This document shows positions 39,060 through 51,931 of a stretch of 64,000 nt of DNA, one piece after another. Below the pieces are notes generated by a model. The model made no database searches. It saw nothing but the letters and a program-made list of their open reading frames with translations, and was not told the origin of the DNA. Made by a program: the position numbers and the translations under genes. Where the stretch lies: NCBI GenBank assembly GCA_951804945.1, contig OX638151.1:60512001-60576000 (forward strand), written 5' to 3'. Positions within the stretch are counted from its first letter, which is position 1. Every line of letters begins with the position of its first letter. The stretch is from Podarcis cretensis (Eukaryota).

Positions 39060-39725
39060 AGAAATTGTTGATGATTCATGTTTGAGTTTGCAGTCTATCT
39101 TGGATGGAGTTGCGATTCCTGTGAAAGATCAGGTACTTAGTTTGGGAGTATTCCTTGATGCATTGCTCCTGTCGGATAGGCAGGTAGCATTGGTTGTGAA
39201 GAGTGCCTTGTCCCATCTTTGGCTAGTTTGCCAACTAAGAACTTTCCTTGCCACAGTCATTCATGCACTAGTGAAAGGGAAGCCAATGTGGTACCTTCTA
39301 GGTGTATGCAGAAGGGTCATAACTCTGTAGTAGAGCATCTGCTTGGCACGCAGGTCCCACCTTGAATTTCCAGAATGTTAAGGTAGGCCTGGAAAGACCT
39401 CACCCTGAAACCCTGGAGAGCTGCCACTAGTTAGTGTAAAAAAAAAATACTGGGCCAGTTTGACTGTTAATCTGACTTGCTTTGAGGCAGATTATTATGT
39501 TCTGTTGTTGGACTCCAACTCCCATCAGCCCCTGGCAGCATGGTCAATAGTCAGGGATGATGGGAGTTGGAGTCCAACGACATCCAGAGGGCACTATATT
39601 GGTACTGATGTACTCTCATCCTCTACACTGGATTACTGTGTGGGGCTACCCTTGAAAAGTGTTCAGAAACTGCATTTGGGACAAAATGCTGCAGCCAGGT
39701 TGCTGACAGGTGCTAGCATTTTTAT
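39060..39725 (+). mobile_element. L2 LINE ORF2 remnant with a nested MITE and SINE
   Basis: The protein-level pattern VKDQVLSLGVFLD...LATVIHALV resumes as TLDYC.GLPLKSVQKLHLGQNAAARLLTG after ~330 bp of inserted elements. Confidence 0.8.
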
Positions 39726-41341
39726 TCCAATTTGCCCATCCTGAGATGTGTCTCCTGTGGTTCATTTAATGAATGTGACAGAATCCTGAGCTTCTTTCAA
39801 AACCCAATCAAAAGTTACTTTCATCATTAAGGGTAATTTCACTTTAAACCAAGAGCCTGGTGTGGATGATATTCTGCCCTGGGCATATGAGACTATCCAA
39901 AGGGCTGCCAGTTTGAGAATCACAACTAATGTATGCTGTATGCTACTAAGCTTTACTGCTAAGTGCAAAGGTAGCCCAACAAACCATGAAGATACGATGC
40001 TCTGAAATGAACACAGAACTTGATGAGTTATTGGAAGCCATGTGAGCATTTTAAAATAAGGCTGCAGTTCTAATGCCACTGAAGTTGATTAAATTTTCCA
40101 TGTGTGAGGAGGGTGTGGAAGTTTGCCACAGGTTTCATTTAATATATTTGCATTAATGACAATAAGAGGGGTGGCTAAGCCACAGCCCTCTAGTTGTTGC
40201 TGAAGTACAACTCCCATCATCTCTGACCATTGGCCATGCTGACTAGGGCTGATATAAGTTGTAGTTCAGCAGCAGCTGGAGGATCACGGGTGGTGCACTC
40301 CACACAGCCTGTTATCTTCTTTTACAAATATTGGCGCTGGCAGTCTGGAGAAGGTGCAATAAAGCTCATGGATAAAGCTGGCAGCCAAGCGAATTAGTGC
40401 ATAGCTGGGCTGACAGGTGGGTAGATTGGGAGCTGAAAGCCAGCAAAGCCTGTAGGGAGAGTCTGAAGAAAGCTTCATTTTTACCCAAAGGATGGGTTAT
40501 CAAAGCAGAATCAGAGGCTTTTTAAAGTGCCAGTTGGAATCAACATTGGCCCTTTATGTCACCTTACCTCTGCTGACTAAATATCTACAGAACTGCCTTC
40601 TGGCCATTAGCAATGATGGCACTCAAGCGGCAACAGAGATCAGGCCAGCCACTCTCTCTTCTGGCAACCTGCCATGAAATATATCTGGGACTAGTTATCA
40701 AAGTCCCTTGTTCCATATTGTTGACATCAAACAACAAAACCCCATTTGCTGCAAAAGTTATTCCCCCTCCTATCCCCAACCAATGAGTAACTTTAGCACA
40801 GAAGAGAATGCCTGCATCAAATATTTAGCAGCTGCTCTTTGCACCCCTCAGTATCCTGCCATATCTAGTTTTTCATTTCTATATATTGCACAAATGTATC
40901 TTAGCAGAATCACAAAAGTCAGAAAGGGTCATCCAATTTCCCTACATTCCCTACATTCCCCTATTGTCTCCTACAATTTAAAAAGGCTTATGTTGTTGTT
41001 GTTTAAGTGCTGATTTAAAAGGCAAAACAAACAAAATAAAATATTGGAAATTTAGAAAGGGTTATGAGAAAAAAGCACGTTGACATGTTGGAATTGTGAC
41101 TGATATGAACAACATAACCCCATTAAAAGTCCTTCATCTTCACTTGTGGAATGTACCTCGACCCTCTAACATAACTCCACTCTGAGCTTAATATGGAAAA
41201 GTCTCAGATAGGTCTGTCTTGGGTCATATGTGAACCGAACACCAACTTCCTTGGGAGTTCTAGCTAATCATGGACCATGCAATCATGCGCCACCTCCTGA
41301 AGCACCTTGCTCTGCTCACAAGTCATTGAGTTAGATCCTAA

Positions 41342-41431
41342 GGTTGCAACCCTAACGATGTCTACTCAGAAAGAAGCGCTCTTTAAATTAAAGGGGCTTA
41401 TTTGCAGGTAAGTGGGATTTGGAGTGCAGCC
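41342..41431. mobile_element. 90-bp palindromic MITE with a TAA target duplication (PIF/Harbinger-like)
   Basis: TAA|GGTTGCAACCCTAA...TTGGAGTGCAGCC|TAA. Confidence 0.65.
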
Positions 41432-42389
41432 TAAGCAAGCTTCTGCAGGTGAGAGTGTCATGTGAATGGAATTCTGATCACGAGACTCTCTCACTAATGG
41501 AAGTGGAGAAGTGACTTTCAGTAACCTCCTTTTACCCCCTGCCAATCTGCCGCAGAGAGTTATGAATGGTGCTCCACAGCAGCATTGCGCAACTGCTGGG
41601 GAAAGGAGAGATGAGCAAAAAAAAGGCATACCACCCCATACTCTGCTAGATACTAGCTCCCTCCATGAATGTAAGGAGCCCTTTCCTTAGCAGAGGGCTA
41701 GTTAAGATCCAAATTTGGTAGCTAAAGGGAGGGTTTTTCAATGCACACTTAAATCTTAGGGTCATAGTGTTCTTACAATATCCAACAGAGAGAAGCTTGG
41801 ATAGATAATGCTGGTTGGCTCACACTGGTAGAGCTTAGATCACAGCAATCTTGAAGGTGCACAAGATAACACTAGTTTTTTATGAGGTGGAAGAGAACCA
41901 CATACTTGAATTAATGTGCCTATGCAAAAATGTCCCTTATTTGTAAAGCTAAGGCATTAGAGGGAAAGCTAGACTGGAAGCCCTCTGCCTGATATATATT
42001 AGCCTTACATATAATGGGAAGCTTGAGTGTGGAAATGCATTCAACCAAGCAACCCCCCTTCCTTGCATTTTAGGGGGGTATGTAAGGTTTGTACTGCATC
42101 CCCTTGGTAACAACATGTTTAATACATAAATAGATGCCTGTAGGCTGGAAAATGGGGAAAACAAACAAATATTTGAACTGGCTCAAATATCCCCTCGATT
42201 CACCCATATTGTTATTTGTACAACAGCAAAGAGGAGAGTAGCTAGATGGAGGAAAGAAATTACACAGGACATCCTTGATGGCAGAAGGGAGAAGTCAGTC
42301 ACAACTTGCTTTATTCTAGCTTAGCAGTAGCAAGGCAAGCAGGGCATGAAAACAATAGTTGGGTCTGCTAAAGCCTTTTATCAAGTCAT

Positions 42390-42632
42390 CCTGTTGGTGT
42401 AGTGGTTAAGAGTGATAGACTCATAATCTGGGGAACTGGGTTCATGTCTCCGCTCCTCCACATGCAGCTGCTGGGTGACCTTGGGCTAGTCACACTTCTC
42501 TGAAGTCTCTCAGCCTCATTCACCTCACAGAGTGTTTGTTGTGGGGGAGGAAGGGAAAGGAGAATGTTAGCCGCTTTGAGACTCCTTCAGGTAGTGATAA
42601 AGTGGGATATCAAATCCAAACTCTTCTTCTCC
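42390..42632 (+). mobile_element. tRNA-derived SINE with a CORE-like body and L2-type tail (Squam2-like)
   Basis: TGGTGTAGTGGTTAAGAG A box, GGGTGACCTTGGGCTAGTCAC core, TTAGCCGCTTTGAG tail and a (CTT)n end. Confidence 0.8.
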
Positions 42633-45600
42633 CTACTTCAGTATCGTCTGCTCTGACTGGTAGTGGCTCTCCAGGCCAGGTACCAGGCAGGAGAATGTCT
42701 CAACCCTACTTGGAGATGCCAAGGATAGGCAGACCAAAGACCAGAAGGGAGAAGTTATATCTCTAGACCTGTCCAACTCCACCAGGTCCTGATTGTGGGA
42801 TACCCATAAGCATCTGGTTGGCCACTGTGAGAACAGGATGCTGAACTAAATGAGACACTGGTCTGATCCAGCAGGACTCTTCTTATACTCTTAACCTGAC
42901 CAACTCAACAAAGGAGGAGAGCAGTCTCCCCAAGTCAAAGCTAAAACAGGCCACTAATGGCCTGTCAATACTAGTGCAGAGATACTTCTGTCCTCCCTGT
43001 ATCCTATCACACAGCACAAAGCAAGTCCCCTAAAGAAAGCAAGGATCCAGCATTTCCTAAATGATATATCCCATCTGCTGAGAAATCAAAGTCATATTCC
43101 TTTCTTTAACTAATCTTGCTAAATAAATTCTTGGTAATCTGCAGTCATCACAATCAAGACAGGCTCGTGGGTTTGTGTTGGTGAGTGACACATCTGTCCA
43201 GATGCTGCCACCCAGGGGCTGCTCTGATATGAGCCCCTTCCCAAGGCCGTGACAGTAAATTATATCAGAAATTCAAGTACAGACCAAGTACAGTACTCCC
43301 TTTATTTTTGAAAAATGAGGTTGCAAAAGTCTAAGGCGCCTCATTCAATCTTGAGCAGCATAACAAATACAGCAGAGCTGCTCTATTTGTAACCTGGTAG
43401 CCCAGTTTGGAAAATAAATTAAACTTTTGATTAAATCAATGTGTTTTAGATATGCATTTAAAATATGAACCTTCAGAAAGTTTACAGTATGAAAAAGTGG
43501 GAGAGAACCCTGTGCTTCCTTGGTTCATTTTGTTTAGTGATCATTAATACGGTAATTGCCTCATGAATACAACTGAAATAGCTACACTTTTCAAATTGCA
43601 AAGCACTTATTATCAGAGAAAACTGTGTCTCATTTCCATGTACTGAGGAAAATGTACTGTACCTATGTTTTTTTTCTTGAGAATTCTCCAGTATTTTTGG
43701 AGAGATTTTATTTTTTTAAAGCCAATATTTAGAGAGATAGTGGGGTATTGTTTTTAGTAACTTCATCTTTCTCTTGGTATTTTGCAGGGCTGTTACCTCT
43801 CTTCATGACTATTTGATTGAGAAATTGAACCCTAGCTTTTTTAATTTACCTGTTAAGATTTAATCAGATATCGTGGGAATACAAAGAAAGCTAGAAGAAC
43901 TTAAAATAACAACTATCTAACTGTACATGAAAAATTCATGTATAGTTTTATGATCACCCCCCACTTTTTTCCCTTGTGGCTGATCTGCTATGAGGCAGTA
44001 TCCTGTTTTACTCACTGACATTGGCCCTCATGACATTTGACTAACCTAAAAGGAATATTAATGTATACTTTATACTGGTTCTAATGGACCATACATTTCT
44101 TGCATTAACTATAGCAGTTTAGGTCCTGTTTTCTTTCCGGCAGCAATTCAACGAAACAGTATTACATTTAATCTCTATTGTCTGACATTCACTCATAGAC
44201 TTGCTGATTCGGTGGCATTCAAAACAGTTTGCTTATTTATTTTACCATATTTTAAACCTACCCACCTCTTTTTCAGGCAATTATTCTCTCCCAAAGCAGC
44301 TTGCATCAATTTAAAAGAGTAGAGGAGCACTGCCATCAGGCACACAAAGACCCACAAGGGAAAAGAAGTGGATGGAAAAGACAGAGAAATGGAACATCGA
44401 CTCCTTAAGGCCAGACTGAAGCAGTGGGCCATAACCAGGCATTTATAGTCACCTGTTTATAGTCATCAATTTATAGTTGATCTTCGCTGGCCAGTGTTCT
44501 TGCTTGAATAGCAGTTGATGGCTCTCAATGGATGGGGCCAGAACGTCATCTCATTTTGTTTCTGCAATACTAAAGCAGACTGGAAGTTGGAGCGGAGTGT
44601 TCTTTCTGACACAGAGGAGAAAGCAAGCTCCTTCTGTGGCCAGGGGATGGAGCCAGGCTGGCCACCCCCTTGCCACAAGGTTCTTCCGAGGAGCCTCCCA
44701 GTGGCCTATGGTGCCTCTTACACTGAATATAATCTTCCATCTACAATTGTCTGAAGCACCAAACGGAAGCTTTAAAACATAACTAAATAAATCCTTTCAA
44801 TCCCATCCAGGGAGTATGTACAGACTTGTGATGTTTTCATGTCATGCAGACATGGTGTTTTCATGTCATGTTCCTGAAAGTGAATCACGGGGTGGTGCTG
44901 CGGAGGAAGTGTTTTGGACATTAACACAGAATGCACAGTGCTGTGTTGACAGCAGAAGAGAAACTCAGTCTGTTCACATTTTTATTGTACATGAAAAATA
45001 TGTTAAGACACCTGTGTGGTGCCTGTACAGAGCCGAAGAGAATTTTTTTGAGAGAAAACGGATTTAGTACCACAGTGGAGATGGAAAAATATGAGCTTAG
45101 CTAACTCACACAATGGTTTTATGCATTTAAGATTAATTATGGGCACAACCCATACATAGCATCAGTGTGGTGTGATGTCATGCTAGGATGGGAGAAGCCA
45201 GTACAAATATATACTATATTATTGTTATTTTGCTATTGATGTTGATATTATTAATATTGTTTTATACACACACACATCACCCTTATTATGTGTATTTTAT
45301 ATACCACCCTTCGATGAAAGAGCAGAAGTCAGTTTAAAACACAGAACACAAATGTCAATACATAACATAATATCTGTACAATATAAAAATCAAAATGGTT
45401 ACAATTGTCATAAAAAATATGTAATGGAATACAGATTTTTTTAAAAAGATAAAATACAGATTCTCATAACAGCAACAGCACAAACAAAAAGGAAGGAGAA
45501 CATCATCAGCCAGGTATCTAAAATACAAAACAGTGCACAAATTCAAAATCGCCTCTCTGTCCAAAGTAGCTCTTAATCCCAGCCCCACACAGAAAATGAC

Positions 45601-45759
45601 AGACACTCCGAGCTCTCGCCTGGGAGCTTTCCTTTTCTCTCCCAGTTTCTCACCCTGGGAGATGTTCACACTGTTTCTCACTGAGCGTCCTTCACTGAGG
45701 TCAAGCAGAAATCTGCCAATTCAAAGTCGGACAAAGCAGAGGCAATAGGTTCAGATAAG

Positions 45760-46080
45760 CAATGCCAGGCAAAAACAAAGATCACCACAGCCAATCACAA
45801 ACAAACAACCACACCCTAGGCCAACCCCAACCTCTCTCACCACCAAAGGAACACAAGTGAACAGCAGAGAACTGGCATGAGTAACGCTGACACCAAACCC
45901 TACATACATTAAGCAAAATAGAAACATCACCACCCAACCCCCCCATCTCCCCCCCACCCCTTTTCTTCCTAATGTCTCAACAAATGAAACTGATTTGTAA
46001 AAATGTTACATGGAAAAAATACGAGAGACATTACACATACTTCTGTAAAACAAGAAAATCTTTAATAATAATAAGAAAAA
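45760..46080 (+). mobile_element. Probable LINE 3' UTR fragment (clade not assigned)
   Basis: A/C-rich segment with a C tract, ending in an A-rich (AAT)n tail. Confidence 0.35.
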
Positions 46081-46107
46081 AGCAGATAAGGGGTCAAGGC
46101 AAAGGCA

Positions 46108-46128
46108 GTTAGCACCCTGGACAGCTCC
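46108..46128 (+). promoter_or_regulatory. Second RE1/NRSE-like element
   Basis: GTTAGCACCCTGGACAGCTCC: intact AGCACC-nn-GGACAG core with a consensus-like tail. Confidence 0.65.
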
Positions 46129-49100
46129 ACATCACATAGATTGGAAGTTTGACAAGACAGTCTTGAATGCTGCTCCAACAACCAACAAAATCAGATTTAT
46201 TGTATTGTTTTTAACACTTGATTGGGAGCTGCCCAGAGTGGCTGGGGAGGCTCAACCGGATGGGCGGGGTATAAATAATAAATTATTATTATTATGAATT
46301 ATTATTATTTAGCCTTAACTGGACTGCAGCTTCCGCTGAGTAGCCAGCCTCGCCCCTGGTGGTTGGAATCTTGTTTGGGAGCCATTGACTCTGGCAGCTC
46401 AGAGCAGCGCAGGATTCTTCTATGATCTCTGAGCTGTCACCCTTAGAGTCTGAGAAAGGTGGTGCAACCTCTTGGGGCTGGAGAAATGCAGGCATCACCT
46501 GCTCCTCTGGTGATGTAACACCTGAAGAGACAGGAACAACCAAGACTGGTTCTGAGGAGAAATCCACCTCATAGTTGAAGGTATCCTCTGTATCCAGAGC
46601 CTCAGTCCCTGAGAAACCCTGAGTCACATGACACCATAACATTTTTGACACATTTAGCGAGTAAGTTTAGGAAGTTGAAGAATTTTGTTTTAGCATTCAG
46701 GGGTAGGTGGAGGTGAGGAGGAACTTGATCATTGTCCAGAGAAACCACCATTAAGGGACAATTATCTAGCCTGGTTTATGCAGCATAATTCAGTGGTAAA
46801 ATTCTGGGGTAATAGAATGGACTGTACCACTTCAAAATGCAGGTGAAGGTATCAAATTTTTTTTAATGTAAGGGAACATTTAAAAATGGTATCTTCCTTC
46901 GCAATCTGAAGCAGACCCTCTCTGTCTCTGGGGTATTCCCAACTGACAGCTAGCAGAATAATATACTACACCCTCCTTAGGGTGTTCCAAATTGGCAGCT
47001 ACTGGAATAATATATTGCTCCCTTCACAACAGTGACATGTATACTGAGCAGCCACAGACTCCAGAGAATTTAAATTGGCTTTGCAGCCACATTTTCAGGG
47101 GTATAAAATGCTTTCCAGTGGCACTTTATGGGCTGGCTTAGTATTTCAGTTATCTAAAGCCAAAATGCTCTTGAGCATAAAACACACACACTGCTTAAGA
47201 GATAGTTAACTCTTCACCTAATGAAATCATGATTGCTTTTTCAGAAATGAAATAAGACCACTTAATTAGATATAAGGCCTTCCTCTAAAGTACTCTTTCT
47301 TTTTCACTTAGCTCAAAGTGAATTAATTTTTAAACCACAACTTTTCAGACTGAAGGATGGAATTATTATCCTAATCGTAATAGCACCATTATGGGGTTCA
47401 AATATTCATAGAAATCACTTCCGGTGCTGCCGCCATGGTGAACAGCGGATCCCACGATAGCAGATGTCAGCCATGCAGTTAATTAAGGATAATCTGGGAG
47501 TAAAATCCTGGGCCCATTTGGATCACCATGTGTGTAGGCTCTCTGCATGCATATACTGGTGCACACAGAGAGCCTCTTCTCACATATGTAGGACACATGG
47601 GTGGTGAGGGTGGGGCCACTGGGTGTGTTGACATCAGGGCTATCTTGTGCACAAGCTCCTCACATGTTCTTTTAATGTTTATCTGAACTCCCCTATTGTC
47701 ATAGCATATGGCATTTCACCAGCATTAAAAGACAAATTGGTAGCATTGTAAGACAGAGCTATTGCCTGTCAGCAGCTACCACAGTGAAATTCTATATTAA
47801 TAACATTATGCAAAGACATTTCAAATATGGGATAGAAATTCAGTGTAGCATGGGCGCATGTGTTGATTGTGTATCTAAAAGAATTTTGGCCTCTGTTCAT
47901 CACAGAGTCAACTGCCAGTGAAATCCTCTATAGCAGGGATAGGAAATTTATGGTCTTCTAGATGTTGCTGTACTACAATTCACATCATCCCTGACCACTG
48001 GCCATATAGTCTGGGGCTGATGGGAGTTGGAGTCCAATAACATCTGGATGGTGACAGGTTCCTCACCCCTGTATAATTTGAAATATTTATTTATAAAGAG
48101 ATGGGTACTGAAAAGCCACAAAGCAGACATGCCCTACTACCCTACCGAGTTTAGCTCCATCAGCGTATATTACTCTATGTTATCACAATAATACACCCAC
48201 TTTTAGGGTCATCTTGAAAAGCCTTAAGTATCCCGCTAAGTAACATTGCCCCAAATAATCTGGATCTTTCACTCTCAGACCAGCCATATAGGATCATTAC
48301 TTAGTGTAAAAGAACATTATGAACATTGCCAGAAATCCTCTGCGATGTCTGGCGTGTTAGTATACAACATAAGCAATTAAACTGGAGGAAGGAAATGAAG
48401 GTGTAAAATCCTCTGGAGGTAATTTTCCCACTGGTTTATATAAAGTTGATCTCTTCACTGATCTGAAACTTAAGTACAGCAACTTTATGCTTGAATAGTT
48501 TTATAGTCTGCTGTAGTAAAACATCTCATTTATGCTGGGCTATGTTCCTGTCGGCAAATCTTCACAAGCTTTTGCACACTTTAATTAAATAATTATCGCC
48601 ATATTCCTGTGAGCCTTGAAAGGTGTCAAAGCTGTTCTACTGAAGCAGACAGGTAGACGTTATTAAACGCCTTCTTTGGAAAAAACCGAGTGTGTTGGGT
48701 CACTGCAGTTATGTAGTGTCAACATTAACTAGCTGTATTTGTCTTCTAATCTTTCATTAAGGTGTTGTTTTTAAAAAGAAATTATTAAAAGTTGAATTCA
48801 ACTGGTAAAATTAATGGTTCCTATTCAGTAACTGCAGAAAGGGTTGTAGCTTAGCAACAGAGCTTCTGGTTTGTATGCCAGAAACCCAAGATTGCCTACC
48901 ATTTCCAAGTAGAACTGGGAATATTCCCTGTCTGAACCTCTGGACAGTTAAATCAGTAAGTGGAGATGAGAGGGGGTTAACCTCTGGCCCTTCAGATATT
49001 GTTGGACTCCATCAGCCCCAGCCAGCATGGCCAGGGATGATGAAGACAATACTGAACGTGATGGACCAATGGTTTGACTCAGCATAAGGTTATGTTCCTA

Positions 49101-49839
49101 ACTAGTGAAATTTACTGAATGCAGCAAGGTGGTCATAGTACTTGTGACATCATGTCCACCTGCAACCCCACCGTAATATTCCTGCAATGTTCCCTTGATG
49201 TTCTACCAAGGTTGCATTTGCACAGACACTTTACTATTGGAACTTCTCCTAGATCTGTTGCTGGATGTGCGTCTACTTGTGATAATCCATCATCTTCCAT
49301 TTTGCTCGGTATCCAGTGCATGCAGCACTGCTTCCATTCCACTGCAGTTTCAGTTCTGCAAAAACATTATTCAGCTTGGTGTGATGATGCCACATGACTG
49401 ACAGGTGGGCACCAGCAAGGGTGGGCAAGAGAGAAGAGGCAGCATGCTTCCTGCATGCTTCCCTGCCGTCCTCAAACTTCCACCCCCCCCCTCCTTTCTA
49501 GGTTCAGGGCAGCAGCAGCCATTGCCTCCTTAGGATCACGCAGCCAGGGATGGTTTCTGCTGCTTCCCTTTGTTTGCTTGGTCTTTCTCTTTGGGTGGTG
49601 CAGCAGCAAGGATTTGGCTCAGCAGCAGGGAGCCAGAAACAGGCAAAAGGAAGAGCTATTTCTGCCAGCTGACCTGCTTTCTCTTCCTCTTATGAACCAA
49701 GGTGGGCAAATTTCTGGCTTGTTGTATCCATTTTGCTGTGGAACACCAATTTTTTTTATTTATTTATATGTTTCATAAAATTTCTATAAAGCTTCATTTT
49801 TGTTTTTAAAAAAATCCTAAACATTTTCCATACCAAATA

Positions 49840-50040
49840 AAAAAATAACATTATTGGTAAGAACAATTAAGACAATTAAAACCACTAAAAATATAAAAGC
49901 ACACAAGCATTCTAGATGCATGGGTCTGCTCCCCTAAACAAAAATGTCTTTAGCAGCAGGTGCCAAAAAGAGTACAGTGAAGGCACCTGCCTGGCTTCAA
50001 TAGGCAAGGAGTTCCAAAGTGTTCGCTGCACTACAAGATC
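49840..50040 (-). mobile_element. L2-type 3' end fragment
   Basis: Reverse complement encodes LWNSLPIEARQVPSLYSF...LKTFLFR, typical of an L2 ORF2 C-terminus. Confidence 0.7.
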
Positions 50041-50109
50041 TTTAAAAAGTTGCATCAAACTTAAGACGAAAAGACAGGGGTTGGAAATAATTTTAAAATA
50101 AGGCTCAAG

Positions 50110-50860
50110 ACCTTCGCAGAACCTCAAGACCAACCAACACGCCCCAAACTAATCCCGGTTAAACCCATCACAGCAACCTAATCTGGGTGGACCGGGTCCT
50201 ACAGCAGCTGTTGCGCAACCGTCTACGTTTGTCCTCCCCGCAGAAACACGGGATACGCCGGCTTAGAAAAAAGAAGGCACCGCGCACGCGCACATTCGCC
50301 GCTTCTCTGCCGTTGTGGGGGGTGGGGGTAGGTGGGTGGGTGGGCAGGCGCGTGCTAGCGCGAGAGGGGCAGTGGGCGGGGCCTCCGCGTCGCTCTCTGC
50401 TTCCGCTTCCTTCCTCCGTCCGGCGGGTGAACTTTGAGGGGAGAATCTTGTTGTTGTTTGGCTTTCCCCTCCCCCCACCCTCCCTTCGCTTCTTCTTCCT
50501 CTTCCTGGTTCGAGGATGGTCGCTGCGCTCCTTGGAGCTGCTCAGGAGCTCGTTTCTTCTGCCAGCCTCGCCGCCGCCGCCGCCGCCGGGCCCAGAAGGG
50601 GAAGCCGGGGAGGAGCCCCAAGGAGCTGATTCCAACCCTCTCAGGTGCGTCAGGCTGAGAAGAAGCAGCGGGTGGGAGGTTGCAGTTAGTGGCTTCGCCC
50701 CCACCTGTCGCTTACACACTTACACACTTACACACACATGTGTGTGTTTATAGTTTTATATATAGAGGGAGAGACAGCTTCTTCGTTGGTCTATGACGTG
50801 CAATAGGCCTTAATGGGGCGGGGGGGCGTTGTTACCGGCGCCTTGGCCTTGTTGGTATCC
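50110..50860. promoter_or_regulatory. CpG-island promoter of SHPRH
   Basis: High GC and CpG content. NRF1-like GCGCACGCGCA (~50282), GC box GGGCGGGG (~50374), ETS-like GCTTCCGCTTCC (~50399), CRE-like TGACGT (50794). No TATA box seen. Confidence 0.85.
50390..50644 (+). other. SHPRH: SHPRH exon 1 (5' UTR; start approximate)
   Basis: Donor TCAG|GTGCGT at 50644/50645 inside the CpG island. Matching acceptor tgtattacag|AGATT at 53275/53276, just upstream of the ATG. Confidence 0.65.
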
Positions 50861-51931
50861 CTATTATCTGCATATTCTTATAATATGCACAATATAATGA
50901 ATAATTCTCTTGCGGTTTTGTATCTCACTCTCCCCACCCCCCAACAGCCCCTCTTATAAGTTGTTGGGAGGAGCACGCTAATCTTCTCTCTCCTTCAAAA
51001 AACAAAAAATCTTTTTCTGGTATGTCATGTGCATGTACAGCCAGAGCTTATTATGTTCGTGATTTATCTGATAATGTAGTTGGAAACAATCGTAGAATAT
51101 TTGTAGCATCTTTGTTTATAAGCATACAGTGAGGTGGAAGGAAGGGAATACCCCACTGTCTTTGCCCAGTGTCTACTCCACTTTGAAATATGGTAGCAGT
51201 AGTTACTAAACTGTAGTTTAGTAAGGATTCCAGATTACATGGTTTTGAATGCGCACATAAGAATTCTTTGCCCATTTCACTTCCTGTCAGCTGATGTAGA
51301 TTAAATGACCTGAGTAACAGATGGGTCCCAGAGTTCTTAATGCAAATAAATATGTATCAAGTTTAGTTTGTATCTGTGGCATAACTTCTTTGTTTGATGT
51401 ACATGTATTAATCATGGCTTTCATTTGTTAAGTGCAAATATGGTTGATAGTATATGCAACAAAGAGTCTTGTGGCATCTTAAAGACCGTCAGATTTATTA
51501 TGGTGGTCTATAAATGTTTATGCTGTAATTAATTTGTTAATCTTTTAAGATGCCATAAGGCTTTTGGTGTGTTTTGCTCCAAGAGAGTAACACAACTACC
51601 CCTTTGGAATAAGTTTGATTGTGTGGCTGATTTCCTCCTTGAGACAAAATGTCATGTAGTGCTACCAACATTAATAGTCCTTTCACGAAGAGTTAAAAAT
51701 ACTGCCTGCATCCCTCATCTCTGCCTCCATCCCTCATCTGTCCAAATATTTTAGCTTTAAGGCAATGAGGGTGTGTTGTCGTATAAGGTGGCGTAAGGCA
51801 AATTCTGAATGAATGCCCAGATATAAGCTTTCTGAAGAACAGGGTTGTGGTTTTTTAAGTTGTTAATCAGTAGGTATTCATGTGTCCTTGTTGTCATATT
51901 AACTTGGTGATTAAAGCAAGTCTCTCATGTT

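Noticed and set aside
46292-46651. 119-aa acidic ORF on the - strand
   Set aside because: No domain or splice support; it runs into an L2 tail and looks like a repeat (possibly LTR) relic.
50168-50753. 183-aa and 188-aa ORFs across the CpG island
   Set aside because: Stop-poor GC-rich DNA giving low-complexity products with no recognisable domain.
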